Shown: positions 37,680-47,349 of the stretch, one piece after another
How the letters are laid out: every line of letters begins with the position of its first letter
Position numbering within the stretch: the stretch's first letter is position 1
Source: a virus
Virus record (IMG/VR): IMGVR_UViG_3300027859_000006
Span: 44,152 to 108,151 of that record
DNA length: 64,000 bases
Strand: one strand, 5' to 3'
The notes under the pieces: generated by a model
The model's database searches: none
Seen by the model: the letters and a program-made list of their open reading frames with translations, nothing else
Told to the model about the DNA's origin: nothing
Translations under genes and position numbers: made by a program

Positions 37680-38198
37680 TTATACGTTAATTTTGCTTGT
37701 TTGGCTAATGATTTTTTCTTTTGAAATAGGCTTCCAGCTTTCTAATTGTTCCATAGATACGTTTACATATCTAGGGTCTGGTATTATATGACTGTGTAAA
37801 TGTCCGTGAATATTTAGCTTTGCTCTATATTCTAGTTGGTTAGGGTGAACTGGCATATGCGTAATAAGAACTTTACCAAAACCCTTCCAGCGGTCTTCTA
37901 AGCATCCTGCTAGTTTTACGTTTGGAAGTGCTTCTTGTATTAAATGAACTTTACTAGGATAATCGTGATTTCCTAGCACTACTATAATGTCTTCACAGTG
38001 CAATGCTGAAAGTCGCCAAAACTCAGAATTGAATGCTAGGTCTCCTAGTAGGTATAGCTTATCTGTGGGTTTAACAGTATCATTGATAGCCTCAATGATA
38101 GTTTTGTTGTGTGTTTCTATATCTGGGAAGTTACGACCGAACTCAAGAATCCGTCTGTGTCCCAAATGTAAGTCGCTGGCAAAGTACGTTGTACTCAT
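37680..38198 (-). CDS. Calcineurin-like metallophosphoesterase
   Basis: SDLHLGH, LGD, GNHD, H.P, HGHLH. Confidence 0.88.
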   Translation of the reverse strand: MSTTYFASDLHLGHRRILEFGRNFPDIETHNKTIIEAINDTVKPTDKLYLLGDLAFNSEFWRLSALHCEDIIVVLGNHDYPSKVHLIQEALPNVKLAGCLEDRWKGFGKVLITHMPVHPNQLEYRAKLNIHGHLHSHIIPDPRYVNVSMEQLESWKPISKEKIISQTSKINV

Positions 38199-38430
38199 TT
38201 AAAAATTCCTCTGGTGTTACGTCTCTGTAGTATACTTCATCTACATAGCCTATTGGAGTGTTTACTGAATACTGAGGATCTCCAGTCTCCCAGATTTCTC
38301 CTTTTCTACGTATAGCTCTAGTAAGTATAAGCTGCGGTACTAATCTTTTACGTAAGCCTAAAAAGCCGTAACGTTCTATACGATTTTCTATTCTAAACTT
38401 GTATTCATCTGTAGGGGTTTCTGTTACCAT
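38143..38430 (-). CDS. Hypothetical protein
   Basis: ORF track. Confidence 0.5.
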   Translation of the reverse strand: MVTETPTDEYKFRIENRIERYGFLGLRKRLVPQLILTRAIRRKGEIWETGDPQYSVNTPIGYVDEVYYRDVTPEEFLNEYNVLCQRLTFGTQTDS

Positions 38431-38610
38431 TGCACTTCTGCCCTATCTAAATACGTTCCAACCATAACTACGTTTCCTGCTGCTAGGAAGTAGGTGATTG
38501 CTGCCATTAGGTAATTGTGAGTATCCCCTAATACAGAGATAGCTAAGTAAGCCGCCACTGCAATGGCTGCTAATTCTCTTTTAGTATTCATGTTACTTCC
38601 TCGTTAATAA

Positions 38611-38777
38611 ATATTTGGTCTGCGCTTAAAGTAGGGAGAGGCACTCGGTTTAGGCGTCAGCTACTGAGAGTCCACTAGTTATCCAGACTACTCGACCTAC
38701 GAAAGTCAAGAACTGCGTTACTTGCAGATGTGGCTTTTTTGGATACCCGCATCACAACATAAGCGCATACCAAATAT
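38611..38777 (-). ncRNA. Structured RNA closed by long terminal stem
   Basis: ATATTTGGT.TGCGCTTA...TAAGCGCA.ACCAAATAT with internal hairpins. Confidence 0.55.
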
Positions 38778-38983
38778 CTATATAAAAAGTGGCTGACTGG
38801 GGTGGACAGTCAGCACTTTTACCATTTAACAAACACAAAGGAGATCAAATGCACTACACCCTAACTTTATTATATAGCCGAAGCTACGGCTGACATTTTT
38901 GGCTTTGACGTGCCCTAGAGGATTACACCCCGTCCTCTAGTCGGGTACTGAGGGCTTGCTTAAACTGCAAGTAAGCCCCAATC

Positions 38984-39232
38984 TTATAAAACTAACCGTG
39001 CTGATATTGTTGTTACGTCTTGGTCGTCGATTAGCTCACCGTCTTCATCTAAATTGTCCGAATCTGTGTACTCGCCGTCACCTACCCCCATCAAGTCAAA
39101 CTGAGAAGTAAAGTCTTCTAAGAATTTCTCTTCTGACCAGTCTTCTGCGTGGCAGTCTGGAACATCGTCAGGTACTTCGTAAGTCTCTGTATACCCACAA
39201 TAATCAACACAATATATTTCAACAATTTTCAT
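38984..39232 (-). CDS. Highly acidic protein
   Basis: After promoter cassette; D/E rich. Confidence 0.7.
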   Translation of the reverse strand: MKIVEIYCVDYCGYTETYEVPDDVPDCHAEDWSEEKFLEDFTSQFDLMGVGDGEYTDSDNLDEDGELIDDQDVTTISARLVL

Positions 39233-39304
39233 TCACTTTCCTCATTTCTTAATATGTGTATATTATACGTTAAATTAACTTGTTTAGCAAATGATTTAAT
39301 AATT

Positions 39305-39432
39305 TGGAGCAGAGAGAAGGAATCGAACCTCCGCCAATCTTTTATGAGAAGAAAGCTAAATAGTTGCTGCAAGTATTCTTCCAAACAGAATACCTTGTTT
39401 GCTGTATTATGCTACCACTACACCATCTCTGC
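39305..39432 (-). ncRNA. tRNA-like RNA with anticodon arm replaced by ACAGCAA/stem module
   Basis: Acceptor GCAGAGA/TCTCTGC, D arm, GGAGG-TTCGATT-CCTTC, CCA; ~70-nt insert. Confidence 0.75.
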
Positions 39433-39534
39433 ATGAGTACCCTAGGAAGTGCACTCCCTAAGTTTAGTATTATAGACCTGACCGGCTCGGCTCGGATTAT
39501 TATAGTGGGGTCAATCACTCTACGTTTTATAAGG

Positions 39535-39732
39535 CTAACGTATTACCTCAGAATTTATAAACTTCTCTGAGCTAAGGTCTATAGCCCTAACTTCGAAATC
39601 CCAATATAGTGGGCAGTTAAGCTCTTCTTCTGCTACGTTTTGTGCTTTTTCGTAAGCTTCTGAAATAGACAGGTCATCGTCAACCTCTACCTGTACTGTT
39701 TTAGTAATCTTTACTTCTACTTCAACAAACAT
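39535..39732 (-). CDS. Acidic small protein
   Basis: After promoter cassette. Confidence 0.65.
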   Translation of the reverse strand: MFVEVEVKITKTVQVEVDDDLSISEAYEKAQNVAEEELNCPLYWDFEVRAIDLSSEKFINSEVIR

Positions 39733-39954
39733 TCGTTTTCCTCATTTCTTAATATGTGTATATTATACGCTGAAATGGGTTATTTTGCAAATGATTTAAT
39801 AATTAATTTGAATGTCATACCAGGTTCCGAACCAGTTAAAATAAAACCTATAAATTATACTCTTTTTGTAATACAGTACTTTAGGTATAATTGTAGTGGA
39901 TATATTTAGTCTATAAGTGCTTGGTCTTTTACACATTTTTACCGCTGAAATCAT

Positions 39955-40194
39955 TTAGTCGCGCCCTAGTAGTAGATTTATAGGTATCTCTTTGCCTGAG
40001 TTACACGTAAAGGTATGTCTGTTGTAAGACTTTAACTCTCCAAATCCGTTAAGCTCACAAAAGCTATTATAAGACTCTAGCTTAACTAGCGTTGCTTTGT
40101 ACTCAAAGTCTGCGTTAGTTTCGACGCCTGATCCTATAACAAAGCCTAATGCGAAAGCCATCATGATTGTAAAGAAAGCGATTGGGGCTGGCAT
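39955..40194 (-). CDS. Membrane-anchored hypothetical protein
   Basis: N-terminal TM; RBS. Confidence 0.6.
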   Translation of the reverse strand: MPAPIAFFTIMMAFALGFVIGSGVETNADFEYKATLVKLESYNSFCELNGFGELKSYNRHTFTCNSGKEIPINLLLGRD

Positions 40195-40278
40195 ATCTAT
40201 ATATCCTTTATTAAATAAAAAGAAACCCCTGCTTTTACACAGGGGTTATTGACACCTCGGTAGCGAATTTCCAAGTCG

Positions 40279-40758
40279 TCAAAGGTTTGGAAACCAACAA
40301 ATGTCTGAGAACGTTTCTATAAACTTCTCTTTGTTGTTCCCGAAGTAAGTAAAACATGAACCCCTAGAGCCTTTACCTTTGTAAGTCCCATCGGGTAGCA
40401 TAAAGCTAAGTCTTCCAGTTGTGTAGGCTTGTAGTCCAGAGCGCAGAGGTACAGACCATAATGTATCTGTTCCGGCATTGGTTAGCATAATCCCCTCTGC
40501 CATGTTACCGTTTTGATATTCGGCTAGGAACTTCGCTGTGAAGTGCTTTAAAAGCTTTGTGGAGTAAGGCGGGTTACACCAGACTCTCCCAATCCAGGGC
40601 TTTTCAAGCCCAGAATCTTCAGCAGTATAAATTTTTGAAGCTCCGACAGTGCGGTTTGCATATTCACAACTAGCAGGGTCTAAGTCAATAGTTCCCAGTA
40701 CAAGTTTAGCTTTCTCTATAATATAAGGTGGAGTGTACCATTCACAATTCATATTCAT
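40279..40758 (-). CDS. dam: Phage DNA N6-adenine methyltransferase
   Basis: EWYTP, DLDPAS, WCNPPYS. Confidence 0.85.
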   Translation of the reverse strand: MNMNCEWYTPPYIIEKAKLVLGTIDLDPASCEYANRTVGASKIYTAEDSGLEKPWIGRVWCNPPYSTKLLKHFTAKFLAEYQNGNMAEGIMLTNAGTDTLWSVPLRSGLQAYTTGRLSFMLPDGTYKGKGSRGSCFTYFGNNKEKFIETFSDICWFPNL

Positions 40759-40771
40759 GTTTTCCTTAAAA

Positions 40772-40847
40772 TGGCACTGACAGCAGGACTCGAACCTACA
40801 ACCTCTCCGTTCGTAGCGGAGTGCTCTTCCAGTTGAGCTATGCCAGC
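40772..40847 (-). tRNA. tRNA-Arg(ACG)
   Basis: Cloverleaf; loop CTACGAA; CCA. Confidence 0.9.
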
Positions 40848-41266
40848 TTTGGTGTTTCTATTTTTACAATAAGAATATCTTTAGGCATTCCTCTTGTATA
40901 GTGTTCTAAAATTTCCCATGTTGGAGGATACTCGTCAATTAAAATAAGTAGTTTTCCTAAGCCTCTTATTTCTACAAAATGTGTCTTTGCGTGTTTATCT
41001 ATCCTAACAGAATCAGGATTCATGTTATCTAGCATTTCTTTAATAAACACTGACTTTCCCGACGCTCTAGGTAGTCCCCAAGAGTAATGCATAAACTCCT
41101 TTGCAGACACTAGAGGGTTGTAGTATCCTCGGAAATTATTGTAACCAGTTAGTCCTTGCTTTAACATAGGATTATCCAATGTAGGACATGACCAGTACCT
41201 TGAATCTATTAGTTTGGATTTGTGAAGCCAGTCATTGATTAGTTTTAGAACGTCAGTTTGCCACAT
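40838..41266 (-). CDS. Hypothetical protein (P-loop-like RASGKS)
   Basis: PRASGKS..LILIDE. Confidence 0.55.
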   Translation of the reverse strand: MWQTDVLKLINDWLHKSKLIDSRYWSCPTLDNPMLKQGLTGYNNFRGYYNPLVSAKEFMHYSWGLPRASGKSVFIKEMLDNMNPDSVRIDKHAKTHFVEIRGLGKLLILIDEYPPTWEILEHYTRGMPKDILIVKIETPKLA

Positions 41267-41283
41267 ATTTCCTCTTTTTGATT

Positions 41284-41360
41284 TGGAAGACTAGAGGGGA
41301 ATCGAACCCCTATGAGCTGGATTTGCAATCCAGTGCCTATATCCCTTCAGCCACTAGTCC
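41284..41360 (-). tRNA. tRNA-Cys(GCA)
   Basis: CTGGA-TTGCAAA-TCCAG; CCA. Confidence 0.9.
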
Positions 41361-41747
41361 ATTGTTATAGTTTTCAGTTAATTCTTCATGGTTCTTCATA
41401 GCTCCAGGACTTAAAAACCTTTCGCCTACCTCCATAAGATGGTTGTTTAGGTAGAACGGCACTAAAACTACATCTGCGTTGTGTCCTGGCTCTATCCGTA
41501 TCTTACCAGTAGCTCCTAAATGTTTCCTTAGTGCGGTAAATGCAGGGTGGTAATCAAAAGAAGTTATACCAAATTTCTTGTATTCTGAATCATAGTAAGT
41601 AATACCGGAATATAAGCTGCACATATACTCAGGATTTAAGAAGTAATACTCGGGCATTCCTAAGTCTAGTTTCAATTGAAAGTACCTCCCACTTTTTCTA
41701 GCAAAATCTATCATTAAGTCTAGCATACAATTATCTCGTTGCTCCAC
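41337..41747 (-). CDS. Hypothetical protein
   Basis: ORF track. Confidence 0.55.
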   Translation of the reverse strand: MEQRDNCMLDLMIDFARKSGRYFQLKLDLGMPEYYFLNPEYMCSLYSGITYYDSEYKKFGITSFDYHPAFTALRKHLGATGKIRIEPGHNADVVLVPFYLNNHLMEVGERFLSPGAMKNHEELTENYNNGLVAEGI

Positions 41748-41817
41748 CTACAGCCTTCTACTGCACCTTAAAAGATTCACTCGCAGAACGGAAGTGATGG
41801 TAGTTTCTTTTTGCAAA

Positions 41818-41906
<89 letters not shown>

Positions 41907-41908
<2 letters not shown>

Positions 41909-42143
41909 ATTTATCGAAACAGGTTAATCCTGATGCCTTGTCTCCGCCAGAGACAAGTATAAGGCACGATTTTTCTGGATGCCCTACCGGAGTAAATTCG
42001 TAAATATCAGGATTAGAACCCCAGCCGTCTACTTCGTAGACGCGCACTGGGTTTAATAGTACTCCGCCACCGTTGTCACTAGATTGGGGGGTACATGCTG
42101 CTGTTAAAAATACAGCTGAAAAAAGAATTGCTAATTGTTTCAT
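41907..42143 (-). CDS. Lipoprotein
   Basis: Signal peptide with LTAAC lipobox. Confidence 0.7.
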
Positions 42144-42160
42144 TTTATTCCTTGGTTGAT

Positions 42161-42235
42161 TGGTGGAGACACCGTGGGTCGAACACGGCGGTTTTGCCTT
42201 ATGAGAGCAAACTGAGCACCTACCGCTCCATCTCC
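42161..42235 (-). tRNA. tRNA-CAU (Met or Ile2)
   Basis: Loop CTCATAA; CCA. Confidence 0.8.
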
Positions 42236-42496
42236 TTAAATTGGTTTTGGGGCTGCTCCTTTACGCCCTTCAGCTATATAACCTTTAGCAAAGTTAGGCA
42301 GTTGCATAACTGGAGTACCCTCTAGAATGTCTAAGCGAGTTATATCAGCCCAATGCTGCTTATCCATACTTTCTGTAATTACTGCTTGTACGCATCCGTA
42401 CAGGTCAAAAGATACGCTACTTACTACACCAGTAGTACCGGTAACTTTATCTCTTACTTTTCTACCTAAAAACTTGTTTACGTGTTCTTCTATCAT
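42236..42496 (-). CDS. Hypothetical protein (conserved phage LG.KVRD.VTG..G family)
   Basis: DLYGC motif. Confidence 0.65.
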   Translation of the reverse strand: MIEEHVNKFLGRKVRDKVTGTTGVVSSVSFDLYGCVQAVITESMDKQHWADITRLDILEGTPVMQLPNFAKGYIAEGRKGAAPKPI

Positions 42497-42680
42497 TAAC
42501 AGATTTCTCTTAATTCAAAAATTGGTGGGGGTTCAACTGTACGTCTAATTTTTTCTTCCAGACGTTTACTTTCCATATACATTGCAAATTGTACCACCGC
42601 CTGTCGCTCTTCGGGCGACAGTGTCTGCGTAGTAATAAACTCGTCTAATGCTTTTTTACAGTTCATAGAATTCCTTAATT

Positions 42681-42773
42681 TGGCGGAGAGAAAGAGGATC
42701 GAACTCTTAAGGCCGTTTAGGGCTCGCTTGATTTCAAGTCAAGTGCAGTCGCCAGCCGTCTGCTTGCCTCTCC
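42681..42773 (-). tRNA. tRNA-Ser(UGA)
   Basis: CTTGA-CTTGAAA-TCAAG; long variable arm. Confidence 0.88.
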
Positions 42774-43146
42774 AAAGTAAGTTGTTTAAATTTGTGTCGT
42801 TAAGAGTAAGTGCAGATTTAGCAGTTATTCTTGATGCGTCTAGTAAGTGCAGTTTATTTTTTGGCAAGTCGTAAACGGCTAGCACGCTTTGAGCTTTGTT
42901 ATCAAAGCTCTTTATTGTATTTCCAGTCCTATTAGATCTAGTAGACTTTAATTCTACTACTAAGTTGCCAGACGGCGATACTTGACTAGAAAACTTTACC
43001 TGCACTAGTAAAAGCTCATCCTCTTTTAAGGCTATAAAGTCCACTGGAGATTTACCAGAAGTATCTTCAAATATATAGTATCCTAACTCTACTAGGGCTA
43101 ATTTTGCCCTGTATTCTGCTAAATATCCTTTGTTAGATGAATGCAT
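42739..43146 (-). CDS. PD-(D/E)XK endonuclease (homing-type)
   Basis: KG.LAE....L...GY; VDFIA; VQVK. Confidence 0.8.
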   Translation of the reverse strand: MHSSNKGYLAEYRAKLALVELGYYIFEDTSGKSPVDFIALKEDELLLVQVKFSSQVSPSGNLVVELKSTRSNRTGNTIKSFDNKAQSVLAVYDLPKNKLHLLDASRITAKSALTLNDTNLNNLLWRGKQTAGDCT

Positions 43147-43150
43147 TAGT

Positions 43151-43486
43151 TTATTTCCTTACCAACTCAGCGGTACTTTCCAAATGTTCTTTTATGCTTT
43201 TCCAACCCAAGTCATGACCACTACCGTACTCAGGTCTATGATGTACTACAATGTGTGCTAATTCGTGAGCGATTGCGTTTTCCACCATCGAGTCAAAGTG
43301 GTTTAATATAAATTCTGGATTGAACACAACCATACCATCACCTTCGTAAAACGTTCTAGCTGGAGCGCTTAAAGGAGCAGCTATTACTGATACATTGCTA
43401 AGATCTAGATTGAATTCCTGTTCAGCTACTTTTAATACTTGAAGTACCTGCTGTAAAAATAGCTTAATGGTCTGTTCTTCGTTCAT
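43151..43486 (-). CDS. SprT-like Zn metalloprotease
   Basis: HELAH..GH...WK. Confidence 0.75.
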   Translation of the reverse strand: MNEEQTIKLFLQQVLQVLKVAEQEFNLDLSNVSVIAAPLSAPARTFYEGDGMVVFNPEFILNHFDSMVENAIAHELAHIVVHHRPEYGSGHDLGWKSIKEHLESTAELVRK

Positions 43487-43730
43487 TTGCTTTCCTCATT
43501 TATTCAATACAAGTATTATACGTTAAATTAACTTGTTTAGCAAATGATTTTAAAAGCTTTCTAGAAAAGCGTCTACTAATTCAGGAGGCTTAGGCTGTTT
43601 ATCAAGATACTCTTTACATATCTTTAACCAGAAGTCTCGTTGTGCCCTAATTTTATCCGCTGAAAGCTCTGGTGGCTCTGATGCGATTATACGAACTATT
43701 TGCTCTGCTGTCATGGTTACTTCCTGAAAG

Positions 43731-43806
43731 TGGCAAGGGTGGAGGGAATCGAACCCGTCTCTATGCGAAGGTTTGGAATCTTGCTGCATACCATATGCTC
43801 ACCCCT
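43731..43806 (-). tRNA. tRNA-Trp(CCA), weak anticodon stem
   Basis: Loop TTCCAAA; T arm; CCA. Confidence 0.75.
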
Positions 43807-43810
43807 ATTT

Positions 43811-43905
43811 TAATTTAACATGCAGCCTCGTTATCTAGCCGTTGCGTTTACTTGAAAAACTAAATATGAGATTTGCCGCTAGTGTCGAGGCTGCATGTTA
43901 AATTA
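43811..43905 (-). ncRNA. Hairpin RNA with 20-bp perfect terminal stem
   Basis: TAATTTAACATGCAGCCTCG / CGAGGCTGCATGTTAAATTA. Confidence 0.55.
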
Positions 43906-43979
43906 GCCTAGTAGTTAAAGCTCTGACTAGGCTCAAAGCGAACTTTATAAAGTTATACTTTAAAGGTGTTCAACCTAAA

Positions 43980-44056
43980 TGGTCAAAGAGGGGAGATTCG
44001 AACTCCCGACCCCTCCCTCCCAAGGGGAGTGCGCTACCTGACTGCGCTACTCTCTG
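43980..44056 (-). tRNA. tRNA-Pro(UGG)
   Basis: Canonical cloverleaf. Confidence 0.93.
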
Positions 44057-44154
44057 TTATATTGTATGAGTAGAGTAAACCATATACAGACAAGGCCCTA
44101 CTCTAATTGCTAATCCCATAGCTTTGATTACAAATTCTGTGCTTTTATGTTCTA

Positions 44155-44361
44155 TCATAGTTGTTCCTCTTCATACCCGCATCTTTTGCAGGTAACTACT
44201 GTGACCATTGAGTTAGCCCAGTGTGGGGTTGATTGCCATTCGTGGCAACAGTTTCTGACTTCTTTAGCTTGAGATAAATCTTTAGCTGCAAAAGCTATTT
44301 CCGCCTCTAGACGCTCTATTTTTTCGTCTAACTCTTTATTTAGTTCATCTAGATTAACCAT
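44155..44361 (-). CDS. Small Zn-finger protein
   Basis: C.HEW..C..CG. Confidence 0.6.
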   Translation of the reverse strand: MVNLDELNKELDEKIERLEAEIAFAAKDLSQAKEVRNCCHEWQSTPHWANSMVTVVTCKRCGYEEEQL

Positions 44362-44593
44362 TGATATTCTCTACTTTTTCTAACCAACCTGTATCAATAA
44401 CTTTAGTGATAGGTTTTCTTAAAGGTCTACCATTTCTATCTAAGAAGACTAGAACAGTTGCCAAGTCTAGCGAACCAGTTGGCCTAGAAGACAAAAATAT
44501 AATTTTACCTGTCCATCTAGCTCTAAAGTTACTTCTTATAGTATCAGTTACTTTAAATTTAAGTTTGTTTTTCAAAGCAATCTCCCAATTCAA
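44354..44593 (-). CDS. Hypothetical protein
   Basis: ORF after promoter. Confidence 0.5.
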   Translation of the reverse strand: MNWEIALKNKLKFKVTDTIRSNFRARWTGKIIFLSSRPTGSLDLATVLVFLDRNGRPLRKPITKVIDTGWLEKVENING

Positions 44594-44635
44594 TACAAGT
44601 ATTATACGTTAAATTAAGCAGATTAGCAAGTAATT

Positions 44636-44712
44636 TGGTACGGCGAGTGGGGGTCGAACCCACAATCAACAGATTTTAAGTCTGTTCGCGATTCCAATTT
44701 GCGTACCGCCGC
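44636..44712 (-). tRNA. tRNA-Leu(UAA), short variable loop
   Basis: ACAGA-CTTAAAA-TCTGT. Confidence 0.88.
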
Positions 44713-44869
44713 TCTTGAAATATTTTTACTGTTTTTCCGTTATCCTGAATAGACACTCTAAACTCGTCAGTTTCTGTGTTTATATACCTGACTAGCACTC
44801 TACCAGTTTCGTCTATAAATTCCAGCCTATTTACTCTGCCTAAAGGTTTCATATTATTTTCCTTTAAAA

Positions 44870-44947
44870 TGGTACAGGGAGCGGGGGTCGAACCCGCAAA
44901 CCTCTGAATCTAAATCAGAGAGGTATTCCAATTCCCATCACCCCTGC
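44870..44947 (-). tRNA. tRNA-Leu(UAG), short variable loop
   Basis: TCTGA-TTTAGAT-TCAGA. Confidence 0.88.
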
Positions 44948-44951
44948 ATTT

Positions 44952-45123
44952 GATAAATTTTAAATGTGTACTATTGTTTTCTCTGACTACCTCAAGCTAA
45001 GCTGATCAGTTCCTAGTGGTGTAGTTGCCCTTACTCGGCCTAAGTTGGTGTAAGATATTATATTTATAAGTGGCCTTACCTAAATTTGCCTAAAGTTTCC
45101 CTAGTACACATATAAAATTTATC
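44952..45123 (-). ncRNA. Structured RNA closed by ~22-bp terminal stem
   Basis: GATAAATTTTA.ATGTGTACTA inverted repeat. Confidence 0.5.
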
Positions 45124-45205
45124 GAGTTCACTGAATTACACAGCTGCCGCTAATTACTAGCCTTGTTATTGTCCATCGAACCCCTGATAAGATGGAGACA
45201 TTAAT

Positions 45206-45295
45206 TGGTGGATAGTAGAGGAGTCGAACCTCGTGCCCTGAGGGTACTGGTTTACAGCCAGCTGACACACCACTGCGTCCTTATTGATACTATCC
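45206..45295 (-). tRNA. tRNA-Tyr(GUA), atypical D arm
   Basis: GCTGG-CTGTAAA-CCAGT. Confidence 0.82.
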
Positions 45296-45363
45296 TTTAA
45301 AAGTATTTTCGCGAATGGCACTAAGCGTTCTCTCTTACCGGTCTAGAGCTAAACTACGTATGC

Positions 45364-45603
45364 CTAGTTTCCATCCCGAAAATACTCTTCTGGTTCAATC
45401 ATAGGTACAAAAGATTCGCAGCAGCTAATCTCAAATGCTGTTTCTTCTACGGGGTCTAGAGTAAACGTTACAGAGTACTCTTTACCGTTTTCATCTTTAA
45501 CAGTACCTACTTTCATTTCGCAGCCTGAGGTACTTTCTTCTTTCATTACATTGAAAGACTCTTTTAGAAAGTACCCTACTACGTCTGGGTAAATAAAGTT
45601 CAT
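45364..45603 (-). CDS. Hypothetical protein
   Basis: RBS AAGG; ORF between tRNAs. Confidence 0.55.
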   Translation of the reverse strand: MNFIYPDVVGYFLKESFNVMKEESTSGCEMKVGTVKDENGKEYSVTFTLDPVEETAFEISCCESFVPMIEPEEYFRDGN

Positions 45604-45621
45604 TAATTAAACCTTTTAATT

Positions 45622-45696
45622 TGGAGCGTCTTACAGGACTTGAACCCGCGCTTTTTGGGTGGAAACCAAACGTGCTACCATTAACACTAAAGACGC
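45622..45696 (-). tRNA. tRNA-Gly(UCC)
   Basis: TTTGG-TTTCCAC-CCAAA; U73. Confidence 0.9.
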
Positions 45697-45704
45697 AAAT
45701 AATT

Positions 45705-45794
45705 TGGCGGAGAGAAGAGGTCTCGATCCCCAAGCCACATTTAAGGCTCGACTAGCTTAGCAGGCCGCCCCAGTACCTAACTGGTTTACTCTCC
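45705..45794 (-). tRNA. tRNA-Ser(GCU)
   Basis: Loop CTGCTAA; long variable arm. Confidence 0.85.
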
Positions 45795-46124
45795 AAATTC
45801 TTTAGATTGTTTCTTGACAACAATATCTTTATGTTCTTTTTCTAACTCTTCGATACGCTGCCTTAGCTCTCTGACCTCGTTAATGAGTTCAGTAAGTGGG
45901 TCAATCCCTGTTGATATTGTATTCATTTCTAATCCGTAATGAAAGTAAAGGAAGAGACCTTTTTGTTTTCATAAGGACAAATGTAAGGTAGGGTTCTCAT
46001 TAACGTTAATTTTTGAGCGATATGCCCAAACCGTTTATGCCACTTTCTTTCTGATTTAAAGGCTTTTGATATTTTAACCTTATTTCTTTTGGAAAACTTT
46101 CTCATTATTTACTCTCCATTAAAT

Positions 46125-46200
46125 TGGTGCCTCCACGAGGACTTGAACCCCGATAAGTGAATTACAAAATCACCGTAATAGCCAGTTATACGATAGAGGC
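46125..46200 (-). tRNA. tRNA-Thr(UGU)
   Basis: Loop TTTGTAA. Confidence 0.88.
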
Positions 46201-46406
46201 GTTTATCTCTTAATACTCTAAATAAAGCATTAAGAGATAAACAAGCGTTTTACACTATAACCACACTCAAGTGGAAGCCAACCGAGTAGTTGGACTAGAG
46301 CTATGAACTCTCGTGCTGTTTAGGAGGTAGGACTCAAATCTCTAGCTGTTTCGGCTACCACCTCACATACTACTGCGTTGCGGACACCTAGTTTATCAAA
46401 AAAGGA

Positions 46407-46530
46407 CAGAGTAGTTTGATTTTTAAGGACTTTTAACTGTCCAGTCTAATAACACTTTAACGGTGAGACCAATACACCGCCGTACTTTTACAGTACCTAT
46501 ACATTAGATTTTGTTTGCTGTAACTACTCT
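46407..46530 (-). ncRNA. Stem+ACAGCAA RNA copy A
   Basis: AGAGTAGT-TACAGCAAA...ACTACTCT-G. Confidence 0.7.
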
Positions 46531-46537
46531 TTAAAAA

Positions 46538-46615
46538 TGGTGCTCCAGGAGGGACTCGAACCCGTCACTTTCCCGATTATGAGTCAGGTACATTAGCCAG
46601 CTATGTTACCGGAGC
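46538..46615 (-). tRNA. tRNA-CAU (Ile2 or Met)
   Basis: CCTGA-CTCATAA-TCGGG. Confidence 0.85.
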
Positions 46616-46627
46616 TTTAAATTAAAA

Positions 46628-46683
46628 CAGACTGCTTTTTTATTTTCACCCATTGAAATTTTAAAAGTTGCTGTTAGCAGTCT
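46628..46683 (-). ncRNA. Stem+ACAGCAA RNA copy B
   Basis: AGACTGCT-AACAGCAAC...AGCAGTCT-G. Confidence 0.7.
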
Positions 46684-46690
46684 TTAAAAG

Positions 46691-46769
46691 TGGTTGCGAG
46701 AGAGGGACTCGAACCCCCGTCCGTACAGGTTATGAGCCTGACCATCTAACCATCTGATTGTATCTCGCT
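46691..46769 (-). tRNA. tRNA-fMet(CAU)
   Basis: A1:A72 mismatch; CAGG-CTCATAA-CCTG. Confidence 0.85.
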
Positions 46770-46940
46770 ATCTAATTAAATTAGCTATAGATTCTAGAAT
46801 ACTTACTATTAAGTATGTAATACCTAGAACTACTACCCAAAGTATACCTACAAAAAACGCAAATATACCTATAAATACTTTTGGAAATATTAGCACTAAA
46901 GCTAACAATATTAACCAACTCATAAATGTTCCTTAAAAAT

Positions 46941-47016
46941 TGGAAGGGGTAACTGGACTCGAACCAGTAATCGCGAGTTCAAAGACCGCTGCCTTAACCA
47001 ATTTGGCTATACCCCT
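46941..47016 (-). tRNA. tRNA-Gln(UUG)
   Basis: Loop CTTTGAA. Confidence 0.85.
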
Positions 47017-47349
47017 ATAGTTGAATAACGTCTAGTTTTAAACCCCATTCAACTATATGCTCTCCTCACAGCCCTCACAAAGACCAGAGTGTCTGTCTAT
47101 ATCTTCTTCAGAACCGATTGTTCCACAATTGTCGCAGAAGTACGCTTCTACTAACAAATCTTCTTCACAGTTACACACGTCTTCGCTACACATGCAACCA
47201 ATACAGAACATTTCCATTTAGTTTCCTCATTTCTTAATATACGTATATTATACGGAAAATAAGGCTGTTTGGCAAGTAATTTAAAAACTAGGGCGGGAGT
47301 CGAGCCCGCATTTTACCCAAACATCAACTTTCGTTGTTCCTAGTAAATT

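Noticed and set aside
39305-39432. tmRNA or intron-containing tRNA
   Set aside because: Too short; no tag ORF, no G3:U70, no group I core, no reconstructable anticodon.
39788-39957. Possible further stem-CAGC RNA (AAATGATTT-CAGCGG...AAATCATTT-G)
   Set aside because: The 3' strand is part of the recurrent promoter -35 context and the motif is degenerate; may be chance.
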